Below, piece by piece: positions 26,839 through 41,660 of a stretch of 64,000 bases of DNA (positions within the stretch are counted from its first letter, which is position 1; the number at the start of each line of letters is the position of its first letter). The position numbers were made by a program, and so were the translations under genes. Under the pieces are notes generated by a model. It saw only the letters and a program-made list of their open reading frames with translations, did not search any database and was not told the DNA's origin. Origin of the DNA: Lepidodermella squamata (Eukaryota > Animalia > Gastrotricha); contig JBLDXI010000024.1 in assembly GCA_047495785.1 (NCBI GenBank), forward strand, positions 558,001 to 622,000, written 5' to 3'.

Positions 26839-29800
26839 TTAAGTTAGCTCTAAGCAATAAGAACAGAAGCGAAAGTTATAAATGGCACAAATCGACGTAG
26901 TAAGACAGATAAATAAACACTAAATCAGATACTTATGAGCAGCATCGGCATTGTGAGGGGCCGTGAACCGTGAAGGTGAGACACAAGGTTAATAGAGAGT
27001 GTATAGTTAATAGAGAGACAAGGTTATAAGTTCAATTTCACGAGGAACGTGCGTGCGAATGACGATAAATGACAAAGTGATAGTGCAACTTTTTACTCTA
27101 TCCTTTGCTATCTGAAATCTGAGCGAAAATTGAGAACAAAATCCCGATTCGACATGGATGGATTTATCGGCCCAGGTCGCCTGATGCTAGGGTATTGGTT
27201 TGAAGTTTGAACAAATAAATAGATTAAATAAACAATTTTAGGCAACGTAGGCAGCTTATGGCTTATGGCGTGTGTTTGGCCGAATTCACTAGACCGATGA
27301 AGTCACCGTCGTGTCACAATGGAGAACCGTTCATGAAAAGCGCCGTTAGTCCAGCTTTTCTTCTAACCCCTGGACGTTGTTGATGCCGCGTCGCCATGAT
27401 GTTCAAAAGTGACCTTGATACTAATTTACATTTTATTTCAACAATTACTGAAAAATATTATTCCCGTATTATTTTACATGCGTAATTTAGGTATCCTCGT
27501 AACAGCTTTGAATCTTGGCGGCTTCAAATCCGAAAATCCCATCTGAAAAAATCCGGTATGCGGTATGTTCACATCAGAGACTTGTGTGTGGAAGTCCGCT
27601 CATTCAACACATCCGACGAAGAAATTTCATGCCCATGGTCATCAAGCTCGCAATCTCAGCCTTAAGTTTTGTTTCGGGGATTGATGAAGCACTGTTAAAA
27701 CTAGAAAACCACTAAAATCACTCCACACGTGACCGCGTGCTTATCGGCGTCAGTGTAAAACCGCTTCGTTTTTGGCAGCGAACCCGATGTATAATTACAT
27801 ACATACGTAACACATATATGCATACAATTATGATTATCGTACATCCTTTGTTGTCAATGTATACAATCCTTGTATCACATATCACTCATCATCTCTCATC
27901 CATATCCATCTTCACCCCAGGAGTTATGTAAGCTATAGTAGCGTAATCAGTAGCTATCATGTCTCATAGTTCATAATTATATATCTTACCTCTTGCTACC
28001 CCGAGCTCGATCGCGAAGTGGAAGTTTCTATTGAATTGCTTATTAGGTAGCTTAGGGAACACGTGATTGTTTCTCACATAGATCAAGGTAACAACAAAAA
28101 ATCGATTGTAACAAGTAGCTAACTACTAATCGACCGCTTTCAAATCATTGAGTGACCCTTCTGTTCAACAGCATGACGCGTTCCTCTTGTGATGCGAAAT
28201 TTGAGCTTGATCCATGTTACCTCGAATGCGCGGTGCATATATAACCGTAATTGAAACAATATTTTACTTTCTTCAAAAGACTCATAATCACGATAATAAG
28301 CGACAAGACAGATACTACCTAGTTGGGCCTGACCTGCGCATCTCCTCAACTCCAGCAACGTCATATTTTTCGTTACTCACCGAGTTTGATCGATTGATTC
28401 GTGACAGCAGGTTTTGAAGACATTGCTATTGAAGTTTAGTAGTCAAATTGAAATCCTGCATTTATTAAACTAAAGATAATGAGTGTTAGGGATCTAACCT
28501 CCAAATTAAAATAAGCTCCCTCTTGCAGCTACGCGTTTGACTGATCTGAAACTTCTGCCTGAAGTTATGAAGTTTCTTTCAAAGCTGCTGATCATACTTA
28601 TCTCGTTTGACATTATCAAATGATATCCGTGCTGATGCGAATAGGATTTTCGGCACATAATACCTTGATCGCAGCATCCGTCTTCGATCGGTTTTAGTCC
28701 CGTAGAATTCATGATACATCCGGCGAGGAAGTGTTTTTCGTCGAGGGATTGGCTGAAAACTTCGAAACATTTTTTACATATAAAGACAGTCTTTATGAGT
28801 TTAGGAAGCTGCCTATTCAACCTAGCACACTTGTTGCGAGAGAGTTATTTTCTGCAATTTCATACAATATCGTATCACGTATACTAATTAGCATTATATG
28901 CTCACTGTGTATGCTCTTGTGTGTTCTGTCGCTGAGAGAAACTGAGTAATTCCGGGTGTAGGTCTCCTTTCGGCTTCATTTGGGCATATTCTATCAGCTT
29001 ACATCATAATACCGATTTTCAAGGCACTTTTTAAATTCGCTGACCTTGCTCTCTCAAGTTGTCAAGTGGAGGTTTTGTGGATATGTCGAGACAGATTCTA
29101 GATAATGTTTTAGAAATGATTTTTTTTATTTTAGATCCCTTGATTAAAAGTTTCTTGTCAGCGATTAAAATCCAATGCCAGCAGATTAAAATTTGATTAT
29201 CCAATGCGATAGAAACCAGACGAAAATATTAAGTTATTATGAATTGAGAATTTAAATGAAATAACAGTGTATTTACTTACACACGATTTCGACAGATTCG
29301 AAAATTATCTGCTGCAATAAACAGCAGTTAATTGAGACAGGCCATAGAAACTAGCGGATAAAAATTGAAAATACTTGAGTTGTTTTTTTTCAGCTAGTAT
29401 GTAACATGTAAAGCAGTTTATTACAGCATCATGTAGTTAATTTCTAAGATGCTATCGGGTGTAAAGTGTTATTGTATACGTTTTTCTCATATTAAAGCGT
29501 TAGGAGCGTCTGGACTTATCTCTTATATAGGAGATGCAAGGGGGTCGGATATATTGATTAATGCTTTGTAATTATGATTATCTTTCACCGCTAAGAAGCG
29601 GTTCAGAAGACCTTCGTTTGCTTTAAACTTGAGGGAATCGATTGGCCAACATAAAATATACTGTGGCAAAGCCGCGTTCATTCGTTCTACTCGAGCTCTC
29701 TCATTTGTTAGAAAAGAATCTGAAACCCTATCTCATATTATTTATACACATAGCTCATTTCAGCGATAGCGGGCTGTTGCTAAAAAATTCAATTAAAAAT

Positions 29801-29971
29801 TCATGCGTAGAAGTCGCCAAACTAGACTATGACGCGTCACCCTAGTAAACATGCTCCAGGCAGTGTAGGCTACTACCTAGTAATTGTTTTCCTGTGTTTA
29901 CTCTCTGTGAAAATATGTATACTCTATACATATCCCTTGTTTAGCCTTACTGCTTTCACTGAGCGGATAAA

Positions 29972-32900
29972 ATGAGTCGTCTGGAAATACCGTCTGGTTT
30001 GACCGATCTTCTTCAAACATTTGTCGTACAAGTTTTACGACAAAGGCCAGACGATTTGATTGGCTTCGCTGCGCAGTACTTCACAAATTTACAGGTAAGT
30101 GAACTATAGCATTTTTACGCTGTAAAAGTTACCTTCATTCAGACCCAGCGAGATATGCAAAATAGGGGAGCTAGTACCGAGTTCTATATTAACAAATCTG
30201 CGTCAAATGGTGAACATGGAAGCGATCGACTTTCGTCTGCCGAGGCTCATGAAGACGAAGATGCTGTTGACGACTTGCCGCAGTTCGGTATGTTTTGCCG
30301 TTAATTTGAATGGATCGCATATTAAATGCTCAATGTCAATGGCCAGCTGTTTTGCAGCGTGATAATGTGTCGCCTGAGATAACTCTAATTACATTTCATA
30401 TCTATCGCCCTCTTTATTTCGCGAATATTGACTTGCTGTGCGCTATTGAAGCAGTCATGCAAATCTTTTCATTCTCTTGCTCAAGCCTATGCTCCTTATC
30501 TTCTCCGCCTGTCGCTCCAGATAAGAAATTTATCGTAAAACTTTCATTGCTTCTCGTCAACTATGCAGTGCGATTTATTCATTCCTTCGTTGCTTTTCAT
30601 CATTCGTAAATTTTTTTATTTTTCCATGGCTTTTCTAATCGTTCACTCAAAGATGGATGTGCTAGACACCTGCTAATTTTCTATATTATAGCATTATTTG
30701 TTTGTTTATCGCTCAAATTTGATAAAATGGCAGCAAGTGGCTCTAAATCACGACATTTCTTGATGGCGCCAGGTAATTTTCTCAGCCTCCTCGTCAAATC
30801 TGATAAGATTTCTTATTATTGCTTTCCGGCATATATTTACATATCGCGTTGCGATTTCACACATTAACATTTTCATTTCGCGAGTCGATGTAATTTATAT
30901 AGTGTTATTGACGATGCTCAAATCTGTCAGCCGTTGGCGAAGCTGTGAGAGCTGAGTGTTGCCATGTAGACGTTCTAGCATAAAACAGTTTGACAAATCT
31001 GTGTAATATTCTCGTCTGCGACACAATTTTTCGCCGCTGAACCTCGAGTGACGATAAATACTTCTATTGGCATTATTCTTAAGCCGACGTAATTATTTAT
31101 CGAGCCGCGCCCTCATGTTTCAGCAGCTCTGGGATTTTGTTTTTGTATGCCTCTTTTCGAGTGACGCGCGATTTTTATGTAAAAATCGCTCACAAGTCGA
31201 CAAGCGCATTCGCGACGGAAACTTTATTTTTATTATTTAATATTATCGCGACGTTATTACGTTACATTTTGTAGGCAACCACAGCTTTATCCTCCGTAGT
31301 CCTAGATATTAGGGGATTTCTACCTCATTCTCACTTCTACTGCTTATTCTGTAGTTTTATAAATGCTTTTGAATTGCGCTACTAATCCACTTGACCCTTT
31401 CTTCAGATTCAATGAGCTTCCGCTCATTCATTCAGCCGTAATAATGGCTGTATTTGCTTTTTCGATGATGGCAAAATGAACGCGTGTATTTCTTCGTGCA
31501 TAGCACGTGCCACGAAGTTGAAAACCTACGATGTTCACCCTTTGATATTCTTGCTGGCGGTGCTAATGCGACCAGGTGCTTGCTGTCAAGTAAACTGGTA
31601 TTCGTTACACGCCGCTTATACGCGCTGGCTTCATACTTTCGTGTAGTATTTTATCACTCACTTTAATATTATGTATACAGTCTTAAGTTGATAATTCGCC
31701 CTAACGGCACATTTTTATCGTTCTCTACCGTCTTTAGAAAAGTAATTTTGAGTTGAATAATGGCCCATTCAAACAAAAAACGGGTGGACGTCGAAAACGA
31801 ACCGGAGCATGACGATGAAGGCGCCTTGCCTGAACTGAAGGGTTTTGAAACAGGTTATTTCATATTCACTTCTTTCTTTTGATGCCGTCTCGCCGTCGCA
31901 ATTTTGTTTAGTCATCGTGATAGTCGCGCTGGTTTTCACTATTACATATTTTGGTGTGCAAAGCGTGGTTGAAGCACTGATTTTGCGCTGCTACGGATAA
32001 ATGTGCAAGCTAATATGTTAATGTACCCGCCTTTCGCTCATCTTAATCGAATTTCAGTCCACCTAGTCGCCGCGCATGCAATATATCCGGCATATATATA
32101 TGTATTTCTAGTCAGAAGCAGAGTGAATTTTCGCTGATATCTGATAGTTGTCGACCCGCTCGCTCTCTTTCGTGTGTATATGTGCATGTTGACATCAAAT
32201 AAGAAATCACAGAGCAGTGATCCTTGTATAATTGAATCGATTTTTAACGCGGTTGTGACATCGAAACTACGGCTGTGATTCTTGCTCTCTGTTTAGCACT
32301 CTCTATACGAAAAGCGAAGCATTCGGCTCTCTGAAAAAAACGTTAAAATGTGCTAGCACATTTTAACGTTTTTTTCAGAGAGCCGAATGCTTCGCTTTTC
32401 GTTTCTTTGCGAATGACTTATTGCAATCGTTATTTCTGCTTCTCACTAGTCAAAAAACCGAGTGGTAGGTCGATTTATTTTCAATAGATTTACGTGGCAA
32501 AATTCGCCCTCTTTCAATCAGCGTAATGTAATGAAATGTGTGAGACTCACTTATCGATTATTAATAATATCGTCATTCAACGCTTCGTGACTTCGCTTTC
32601 GGTTGTTAGTATTAGTCCGGACCTTCCGCTCGTTAAAAGAATTACGCGCTTCATTAACAGCCCGCGGTTTTTGCGGCGTAGAAACCTCATATAATATTCC
32701 ATCTTAATGGGTTAAGTGCTTAATGTCACCAAGCGTGGTGCTACAGAAGGCCCCTTTGTCAGCCTATAATTAGACTTCTCGAGTTATTTCGTGACAAGCA
32801 ATTTTTTTTTACCACTTCTGCGTTTTCGTTAGATCACAAAACGGCTCCTGAAGACATGGCTGAAGAAATTGGTTTGCATTAGTAGTTGAACTGCAAGCGA

Positions 32901-34253
32901 TTCCTTTAGGAATGCTTACCTTTATAGTGTCGAAAACCGTTATTAAATGTAAAAAAGAATGAAAATTCTAGCAATTAGACCGAACCGTGACTAACTGCTG
33001 CTATTGAAGTGGAAAGCCATTTAGTTTCATGGCGTGATGATTCTTGTGATCATTTGTGTACATGTGTCAAACCAACCATTAAATTGTCCCTGAACTATCG
33101 TTAATATGCTCTATCCAATGTTTTACAGATATGAAGAAGCTGCAGAAAGGTCGTCGAGTTTCCGTCGCTGCTGAGTCGTTCAATCCAGAAGACGAAAGCA
33201 ACAGCACTGCCCAAAAGGTTTTTATTGAAGGAAATGAACAATTGACTTGATTAGTTGAGCGCAAAAAATGCAGATTCATATCCCTAAAACCGAAGAACAA
33301 CGAAAACAGCTCAACGAAGCCGTGAAACACATTCTGCTGTTCCGATGCTTGGAAGAGGTTAGTTACATACGGGTTCCCAGAGCAGGCTCAATAGTCTTAT
33401 TTTGCGTTTAGTCTCAACTGAACGAGGTTCTTGATGCCATGAGCGAACGTAGAGTGAAGACTGGTGACTACATCATCCGTCAGGGTGAAGACGGCGACAA
33501 TTTTTACGTTATTACCAGTGGCAAGTATACGGTGCTAGTAAAGAAGCCGGAGGATACCGAAGAGAAGGAGGTGTTCAAGTACGAAGACAAGGGCAGCTTC
33601 GGTGAGCTTGCGCTCATGTATAACCAGCCCCGTGCTGCGACTGTCCGCGCCGACACCGAAGGTCTCATCTGGGCGCTCGACCGCGACACTTTCCGCCGCG
33701 TCGTCGTTATGTCGACGTACAAGCGCCGGAAAACGTACGAAGCGTTCATTGAGAACGTGCCTCTGCTGAAAGAGCTCGAACTCCACGAGCGCACCAACGT
33801 CGCCGACGCCCTGGTGCCTCGTACCTGCGAGCCCGGCGAGGTGATCATTCGCCAGGGCGACCACCCTGCTGAGGCCATGTTCATCGTCGAAGATGGCGAG
33901 GTCGAAATCACTGCGAAAGACCCTGCCACTGGTGTTGTTCGCGAGCTGAAAGTATGTAAGCGAGGCGACTACTTCGGTGAATTGGCCCTAATCGCAAAAG
34001 CTCCTCGTGCTGCCACTGCCGTGTCTCGCGGAAAGAGCCGATTAGCCGGTAAGGATGACTTCAAAAATCGAATTATTTTTTCATGACAGCTGTGTTTCTC
34101 TTAGTATTGGACGTAGCGGCGTTTGAACGTCTACTAGGACACTGCATGGACGTTATGCGGCGAAATGCTTCCGAAATGCAGAAGCACCTCGAAGAACTGT
34201 TCGAACGCAACGTCTCCTTGGACGAACTTCGCGGAGGCGGAGCGCCCAACTAA
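29972..34253 (+). CDS. PRKAR2: cAMP-dependent protein kinase type II regulatory subunit; exons 29972-30094, 30143-30287, 33129 onward, last exon ends 34253
   Basis: RII docking domain [45 protein letters not shown] autoinhibitory site, two cNMP domains [15 protein letters not shown] and [15 protein letters not shown]. Confidence 0.95.
32307..32402. repeat. Perfect 96-bp palindrome (48-bp arms, no spacer) in PKA-RII intron
   Basis: ACGAAAAGCGAAGCATTCGGCTCTCTGAAAAAAACGTTAAAATGTGCT followed by its exact reverse complement. Confidence 0.97.
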
Positions 34254-36220
34254 ATTTAAAATTAAAATTTAACAGAGGCTGACTTTATGGCTGATTCCAT
34301 TCTTCTTGAGGCTTATATAGTTTCCATTCATTCAACGCGGTTCTGTTTCTCTTGTTTTTTATTAATTATTATTGAAAGCGATAACTTGTGTTACATCGAA
34401 TCACTTTTGTCTCGAATCGTTCGTGTTGAAGTCGACGAATAAATTTACTTAGTATGCCAAAACTCGCGCGGCCATGTTGCCCTGCTGCTCTAGTTGCCGG
34501 AGTTCGAAGCTGATTGTAACCAGCAAGTCGCCTTCAATTAGCCGCTTCTTTAGCCGACGCTTCAGATTAACTTAGCACGTCTGTTTCTTTTAGGCTCAAT
34601 TCGTGTTTCGATTATTCCTACCACTATTTTTCTCGAACGATAATCATGCTTGTTTATGTCATACGCAAAGTGTTTGAATCGTCATAATTTTAATTGCTTT
34701 GCAAGTTCGGTATTGCATTGCAATGTTCATTGCAATATATTATTTATTTCTCGTAAATCAATTAAAAATGTATCGCTATATTGATTGCTATACTGAAATC
34801 TTTATTTTGTCGATTTTTCGTCGAAATATCTAACGCTTTACTATCTTCGTTTAAACTTTTGAATTCCCGAGAAGTTCCCGCGTCACCCATGTATCCATTT
34901 CTTCCGTGAATCACGACGAGATATCTACACACTACTTTAGACATACCACCTGCATGCTTCAAGTGGTTGTTGATTGTACATAGACAACAAAAAATTGTAA
35001 CGATGGAAATCTCCGAATATACGCACGAAATGATGTCAACAAACCCAAACAAAACCGTTGAATTATGATGGATTTTTTGTGTGTTTGTTGAATTTTTTGT
35101 CTGTGGATTATCAGCAAAACGAAGCCGATATCGGAAGCGAGGCTAGTCCTAATTGTCGTTATATTATGCTGGTGATAGAGAACTTTTGCTTAACTTTCGA
35201 TATGACGTAAACACCTAACTTTCACTGATCCGTGTGGATGTCAAGTTTCTGTACTGAACTGTGTCTTCTTCATTCGTCCAATCGCAAATGAATGACGTCC
35301 CGTTACCGTTGAATGGATCATGTTCAATTGATATCCGAATGTTTTACTATTTTGAGAGAGCGCGTGATGCTGCGATCCTTCTACATTCATGTCGACACAT
35401 TCGTTGTTATTTAGCAACCAAGCACCGATGTATGTCTATTTCCGCGAACCTATTTGCAGCCGCTATGCTATGGTGGCTAGAAGAATGAACGATTCATCAT
35501 AAGATCAAACCGGGTGTTCTTTTTTTTCCAAAACCAAGCGTATTTTCGTTTCCGAGATTTTATTCGAATTTCGCTTCCATTATGCCACACGCTACAATCC
35601 AGAACAAAAAAAACATTATCATCATCATGCTCTAAACATCAAGTCGTCGATGCATGTGTAATTCAATAAGAACCATCCAGCTTTCAAACAAAACAATCCG
35701 ACGACTTGATCCAATTATAAAATGTCATTTCAAAAATCATCATGCCCCAAATAATAATAGTAATACAAATGATCGGAATAGTCATAGAATATCCAGACGA
35801 GATATCCTGATTGGATAGTGATGATAAACTATCATCGTTGGATACGTGTTTAAAGTGACACGAACTAGCGAATGCAGAACGCCTCCAAAGCAATTATTAG
35901 GTATTGACGCGAAAATTAGACGATTTAATCAAAGAAATTGACTGTGGTAAAAGCCGTGAAGACGCAGCGCACGACATTCCTCGATAAACCGTAAGTAATT
36001 GAAGTGAGGCACAGAAGAAGGAGGAGCCTATCCACCTTTAATCTTCATCTTTTTTTCTCATGAACAACAAACGGCGGTATAATTTATATGTAATATTGAC
36101 CCATGAAAGATACAGCGAGATATGACCAAATATAATTGTATGAATGAGACGAAGAGACTTCGACATAATTTACGATGGATATGTTACAAAAACGAATGGG
36201 CAAATACGCTATCATAATTG

Positions 36221-38488
36221 CTAATTATTCAACGAATGTGAAGCAGCAACGCCGATTTTCTTAATCGTCAAGTAACGCCCTGATTCGGTGGGCGAGTCAA
36301 GCTGGTAGGCAGGACTTGAGGTGGACGAATTAGAGGCTGCATTAGCAGTCGGTTTGTAACTCGCTGAACCGAGTCGGGCGGGCGGTTCAGGCGGTAGGGT
36401 GGGTGAACTAGACGCACCCACAAAAGTACTCATACCCTTGCCATCGGGCCGAATGGTGATGTTAAACGAAGAAGAGACTGCGACAGAGTTGCTGTTTGTT
36501 GGCGATAACGGCGTTGGCGGAACGGGACGCGTCGTCTGAGGCGCAGACGTTGGTCTGTTTACAGAGGGCGCGGACGCGCTGCCAGGCCGACCTGCGCTAG
36601 GCACTAAAGAAGGCTGCTGAGGAGTCGCTTGATTGACATGGACCACCATTGGTGAAGGCGTAACACTGTTGTTGACGTTGTTAATACCCACAGACGACGG
36701 CAAGACTGGTTTAGAGGGCGAAACGTGCAGTGAGATTCGCTGACCTGAGGATGTGGTTAACACTGCGGACTGGCCGGGTAGAAAATTGAGACGAGGCGCT
36801 CCAGCGCTATTAGGCGTCACCGGGTTGCTGTTTTGTGGTATTGAGGGAGATTGGCTCGAGCCGATGGCTGGTGACCTGGTCGACTGCAAATTAATCTGAT
36901 TTTGGAACGGCTGGACGCTCGAAGAACCGATGATATTTGGAGACGAAGCGACAGCTGGGGACGGGTTTCGATACGTCACATAGGCATTGGGGGTCGAGGG
37001 GGTAAGGGCCCGCTGTGCGATCGCTGGAGCGTTGTCCAGCGGAACGCGGCTTGTCACAGTAAATGACTGAGGCGTGGTTGACACCGGACTAGGACCCGGC
37101 GCTAAATTACGCTGGATTGTGGCCGTTCCCGACGAGATCGTCGAATGCGGCACTGAAGATCTGACTTCCGAGTTCACGAGGGTTAAGGGCGAAGATTGTC
37201 GAGCCGAATTATTTTGACCAGTGACGATTTGCATTTGCTGCAGTTGCTGCTGAAGCATTTCTACTTGTTGCTTTAAGCGATCGCAATCAGACCGGGTTAT
37301 GCGATGACGGGTTTCTTCTTGTTTCAACCGGTCTTCGACTAACATTTTTTCTTGAGTGACTCTCGCTAGCTTCTCTTCGACTGCTTGCTCTAACATCGAC
37401 TTGTCCTCATTCTGCAAAACAAAAAATCGATGATGAAGGGATTTGTTTATAGCTTCAAACAGCTCGAAATATTCAAAATAGACTGTTTATGTAAAACTAG
37501 CTTGTAGTTCAAAACTTCCTAAGATGAAAGCAGCGCCTTTCTTATACATTTTTCAAATTATCATGGCGGAAAGGCTATTAAAGCAATTTAAGTTGACTAA
37601 GTGAAGATCCAGCTCAAATTTTATGATGAAAAAGAAACAAACCAATGCAGCATCCTCCAGTTCCTTCAGTCGTTGTCGGTCTTTCAGCAAGCACTCGGCT
37701 AGCAGTTTTCGTTCTTTAATCAGGACTACGGCGACCTGTTTGTGCTTCGCGATATCTGCACGCATCGTTTCCACAACTGAAACCATCAAAGCCAAGTCGT
37801 CTTGGTACGATTTGGCGCAATTTCGCTCGAAAAGCAGTTCTTCCTTCAGCTTTTTAGCTTCATTCTCCCAGCCGACGGTTGTCTTCTCGCTGTGAGAGGC
37901 GTCCTGCTCGCGCATTTTGCGCTCTTCAGCCAACTCGGCGCATATCCCTGAATACTTGGTTTGATAAAGCTGTACTTGAGCGCGGATTTTTTCGACTAGG
38001 TTGTGTTGCGCGATCAATAGATTCTCAAGATGTACTAATTTCGCCTCATGGGCCGCACGCATTATCATGTCCTCCTCAATATCTTCACCGAGAACTATCC
38101 ATCAAGAAAAAAAATACAAATTTACAAGACGAAAATCGAGATATTTTGTGTATTACCCGCGCCATCACGTTCCAAAGCCAGATATGGATCATCGAGACAT
38201 CCCCGGCCGTACCTGGCTTCATATAATAGATGTCGCAGCTTTTCGTTCTGAAGTAATGAAAACCGTCAATATATCATAACGCTAACAAATATTATCGCTT
38301 ACTTGAAGTGTCGCGATCGCTACATCTCGAGCTTGCAGCTCGGCCTCCAGAATTGCCAGCATCTCTAGCAACTGTTCCTTGCTGCATGATGAAATCTTCA
38401 CGCCAGGAAGCTCTGAATTACTGCTGTCAAACTGCTGGTTGTCGTTTGAAATGTCTAAATTCGCCTCAGTGGCATCGGTATTTTCCAT
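36221..38488 (-). CDS. CTTNBP2NL: CortBP2-domain protein (CTTNBP2NL/nausicaa-like), multi-exon
   Basis: SKEQLLEMLAILEAELQARDVAIATL (CortBP2 N-terminal motif), coiled coil HKQVAVVLIKERK, long S/P/T-rich tail without ankyrin repeats. Confidence 0.75.
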
Positions 38489-38924
38489 TTAATAACTAAA
38501 ATAAAAAATGACAATCCAATTTTCTAACCGTAAAGTGTATTGGAGACTCCATAACACGAGATTTTCAAAAGCCCTCAAATCGAGGTAGAGTTAACCGAAG
38601 ATGACGAGATCCAGCAAGGACATCAAAAAAGCCATCAAAAGAAGGAAAATTAGGAATACCAGAAATCTCAGATCGCAAAGATTAGTCACTCGGGTCGCCT
38701 AACGCATATTAGCATCAATAATTATTGTAGAAAATACAACAAGCTAAGTTAAGACTTTGTTCGACTCAACCAGTTAATCAATTCAAGAAAATTCAAAAGA
38801 CTCAACGGTAATGAAAATATATATTATAATTTCGGATTAGTGAGGCAAATAAATTAGTCAACTGGCATGTAATTAAATGGCTGTGATTTAGTTCAGCGAA
38901 ACAAGCGTTGAGATTCAAGCTGCT

Positions 38925-40076
<1,152 letters not shown>

Positions 40077-41296
40077 TCAATGTAACCCAAAATTAGTCTA
40101 ATCTGTCAAAATACAGCATATATTTTTTAAATACAATGTTTAGAATTGTATTACAATGAATAGAATTTTGTTCAAAATAATTGATCTCTATAATGGATTA
40201 TAATAGTTAGGCATTAATGACAGTACAATAATTTTGTTTTTGTTAAGGCTTAAAGCTACCATATTTCTACGCGAATGCAATTAAAGAAGGAGATTGTATT
40301 AGTAATCAATCAGTAATAGCTACATCTTTGACAGGTTTAATTTTGATATTTCACGTCGCAAAACAATACCTACATGACTGATAAACAATTTCAATTTGGC
40401 AGAGGAAAGTGAGACAGGTAGAGACATATTGAGACGCTAGCAGCTAGCATACGAGAAAGGAAATGTTTGGAGAGGATTGGTATCCCAACCTAAAACCTAC
40501 AACCTACAACAGAACACAACACGCTGAGAAGCTGAAAAGGAGATCAACTATTTCGAGAAGCTGAAAACTAAATACAAAAATTACAAACTAACTTCGTGAA
40601 GATTATGGAGGAGTAATTACCATATTACTATTCTGAGGCGAGCAGCAAAGTCGGCATTATAATATCGCTTCCGAATGTATGAGGAAAGAATCCATTTAGA
40701 ATGTTCGATGTCAAGTATAACATGCATTTATTGAATGAGAATAAAAAAGTTGTTATTTATCCATTCAAGAATCGATTTACACTCATCAGTTTAACGAATT
40801 CTCATAGGCTAGGCAGTGCGTAGCGCAGCTTCTTTGGTAACAGTAGTAGATGTCATTCACTCGAAAGAGCTTAACAGCTGTAGTAGGTGGTATGGAAAGA
40901 AGGGTGATCTTTGATGGGCACTGGGCGTTCCCGAGGCCCTATCGGTTGAGGAGCCATCGACACGGGTGTACCCACAGCGGTAGATACATAGGCGGGTGCG
41001 CAGCGGCGCTTGCCAAAACCTCCATCCGATTTTTTGATTTTCCAAAACGACAAACGACCTTTCCGTTTATATTTTTAGCAAAATCATAATGAAAATGAAG
41101 CAATGATTTTGAACTCATACGAAGTCATTTATATGAAATCGGACGAAATTTTTGACCTTGACATATATATATATATATAATGTTATACACAACATCAAAT
41201 CGCACAGATTCAAATCTTTGGTTATTGGTACATCAGTATAAAATATGCGAGAGTTGCGGTGCCTTTGATATGGTATAAATGAAGAGCGTGGTAACA

Positions 41297-41363
41297 GCAA
41301 GTCCGTCATCATAGTTGATGGTTTTCACGGGTGCTAAACCATCAACTGTGATGATCGGGCTGC
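41297..41363 (+). other. Pre-miRNA-sized hairpin
   Basis: TCATCATAGTTGATGGTTT pairs with AAACCATCAACTGTGATGA (19 bp, one G-U on + strand), 11-nt loop, extra basal pairing GCAAGTCCG/CGGGCTGC. Confidence 0.5.
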
Positions 41364-41420
41364 TCTATCATCTCAACCCTCAGCCCATTAATACCACCAT
41401 AATTGGTGACTGGGCTTTGA

Positions 41421-41442
41421 ATCCATCCATCCATCCATCCAT
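41421..41442. repeat. (ATCC)5 microsatellite
   Basis: Seen directly. Confidence 0.85.
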
Positions 41443-41660
41443 GTCATGGATGTTTTGAAGGTTTTTTGAACTTGAAGCTTATAGCTGATTTATCATCGTT
41501 GTTTATGTTCTTATATAAGCGCCTGTTGCTGGTCACACTTCTTTCGAGTGCGGTATCTTCCTTTCTGCAAAAAACTTCTTCTGCAGCTAAGAATAATCGA
41601 TATCTGGCCACAGAGAACTCCTTATTACCTCATTAACCAACTTTAAACATAGCTATTTAT

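Noticed and set aside
27200-29000. Short ORFs between CEP83 and PKA-RII (e.g. 28506-28820, 28731-28949)
   Set aside because: No recognisable domain or consistent exon chain.
40890-41045. GC-rich patch with Sm-like GATTTTTTG suggesting an snRNA or SL RNA
   Set aside because: No match to U1/U2/U4/U5/U11/U12 conserved motifs and no 3' stem-loop after the Sm-like site; more likely a decayed repeat.
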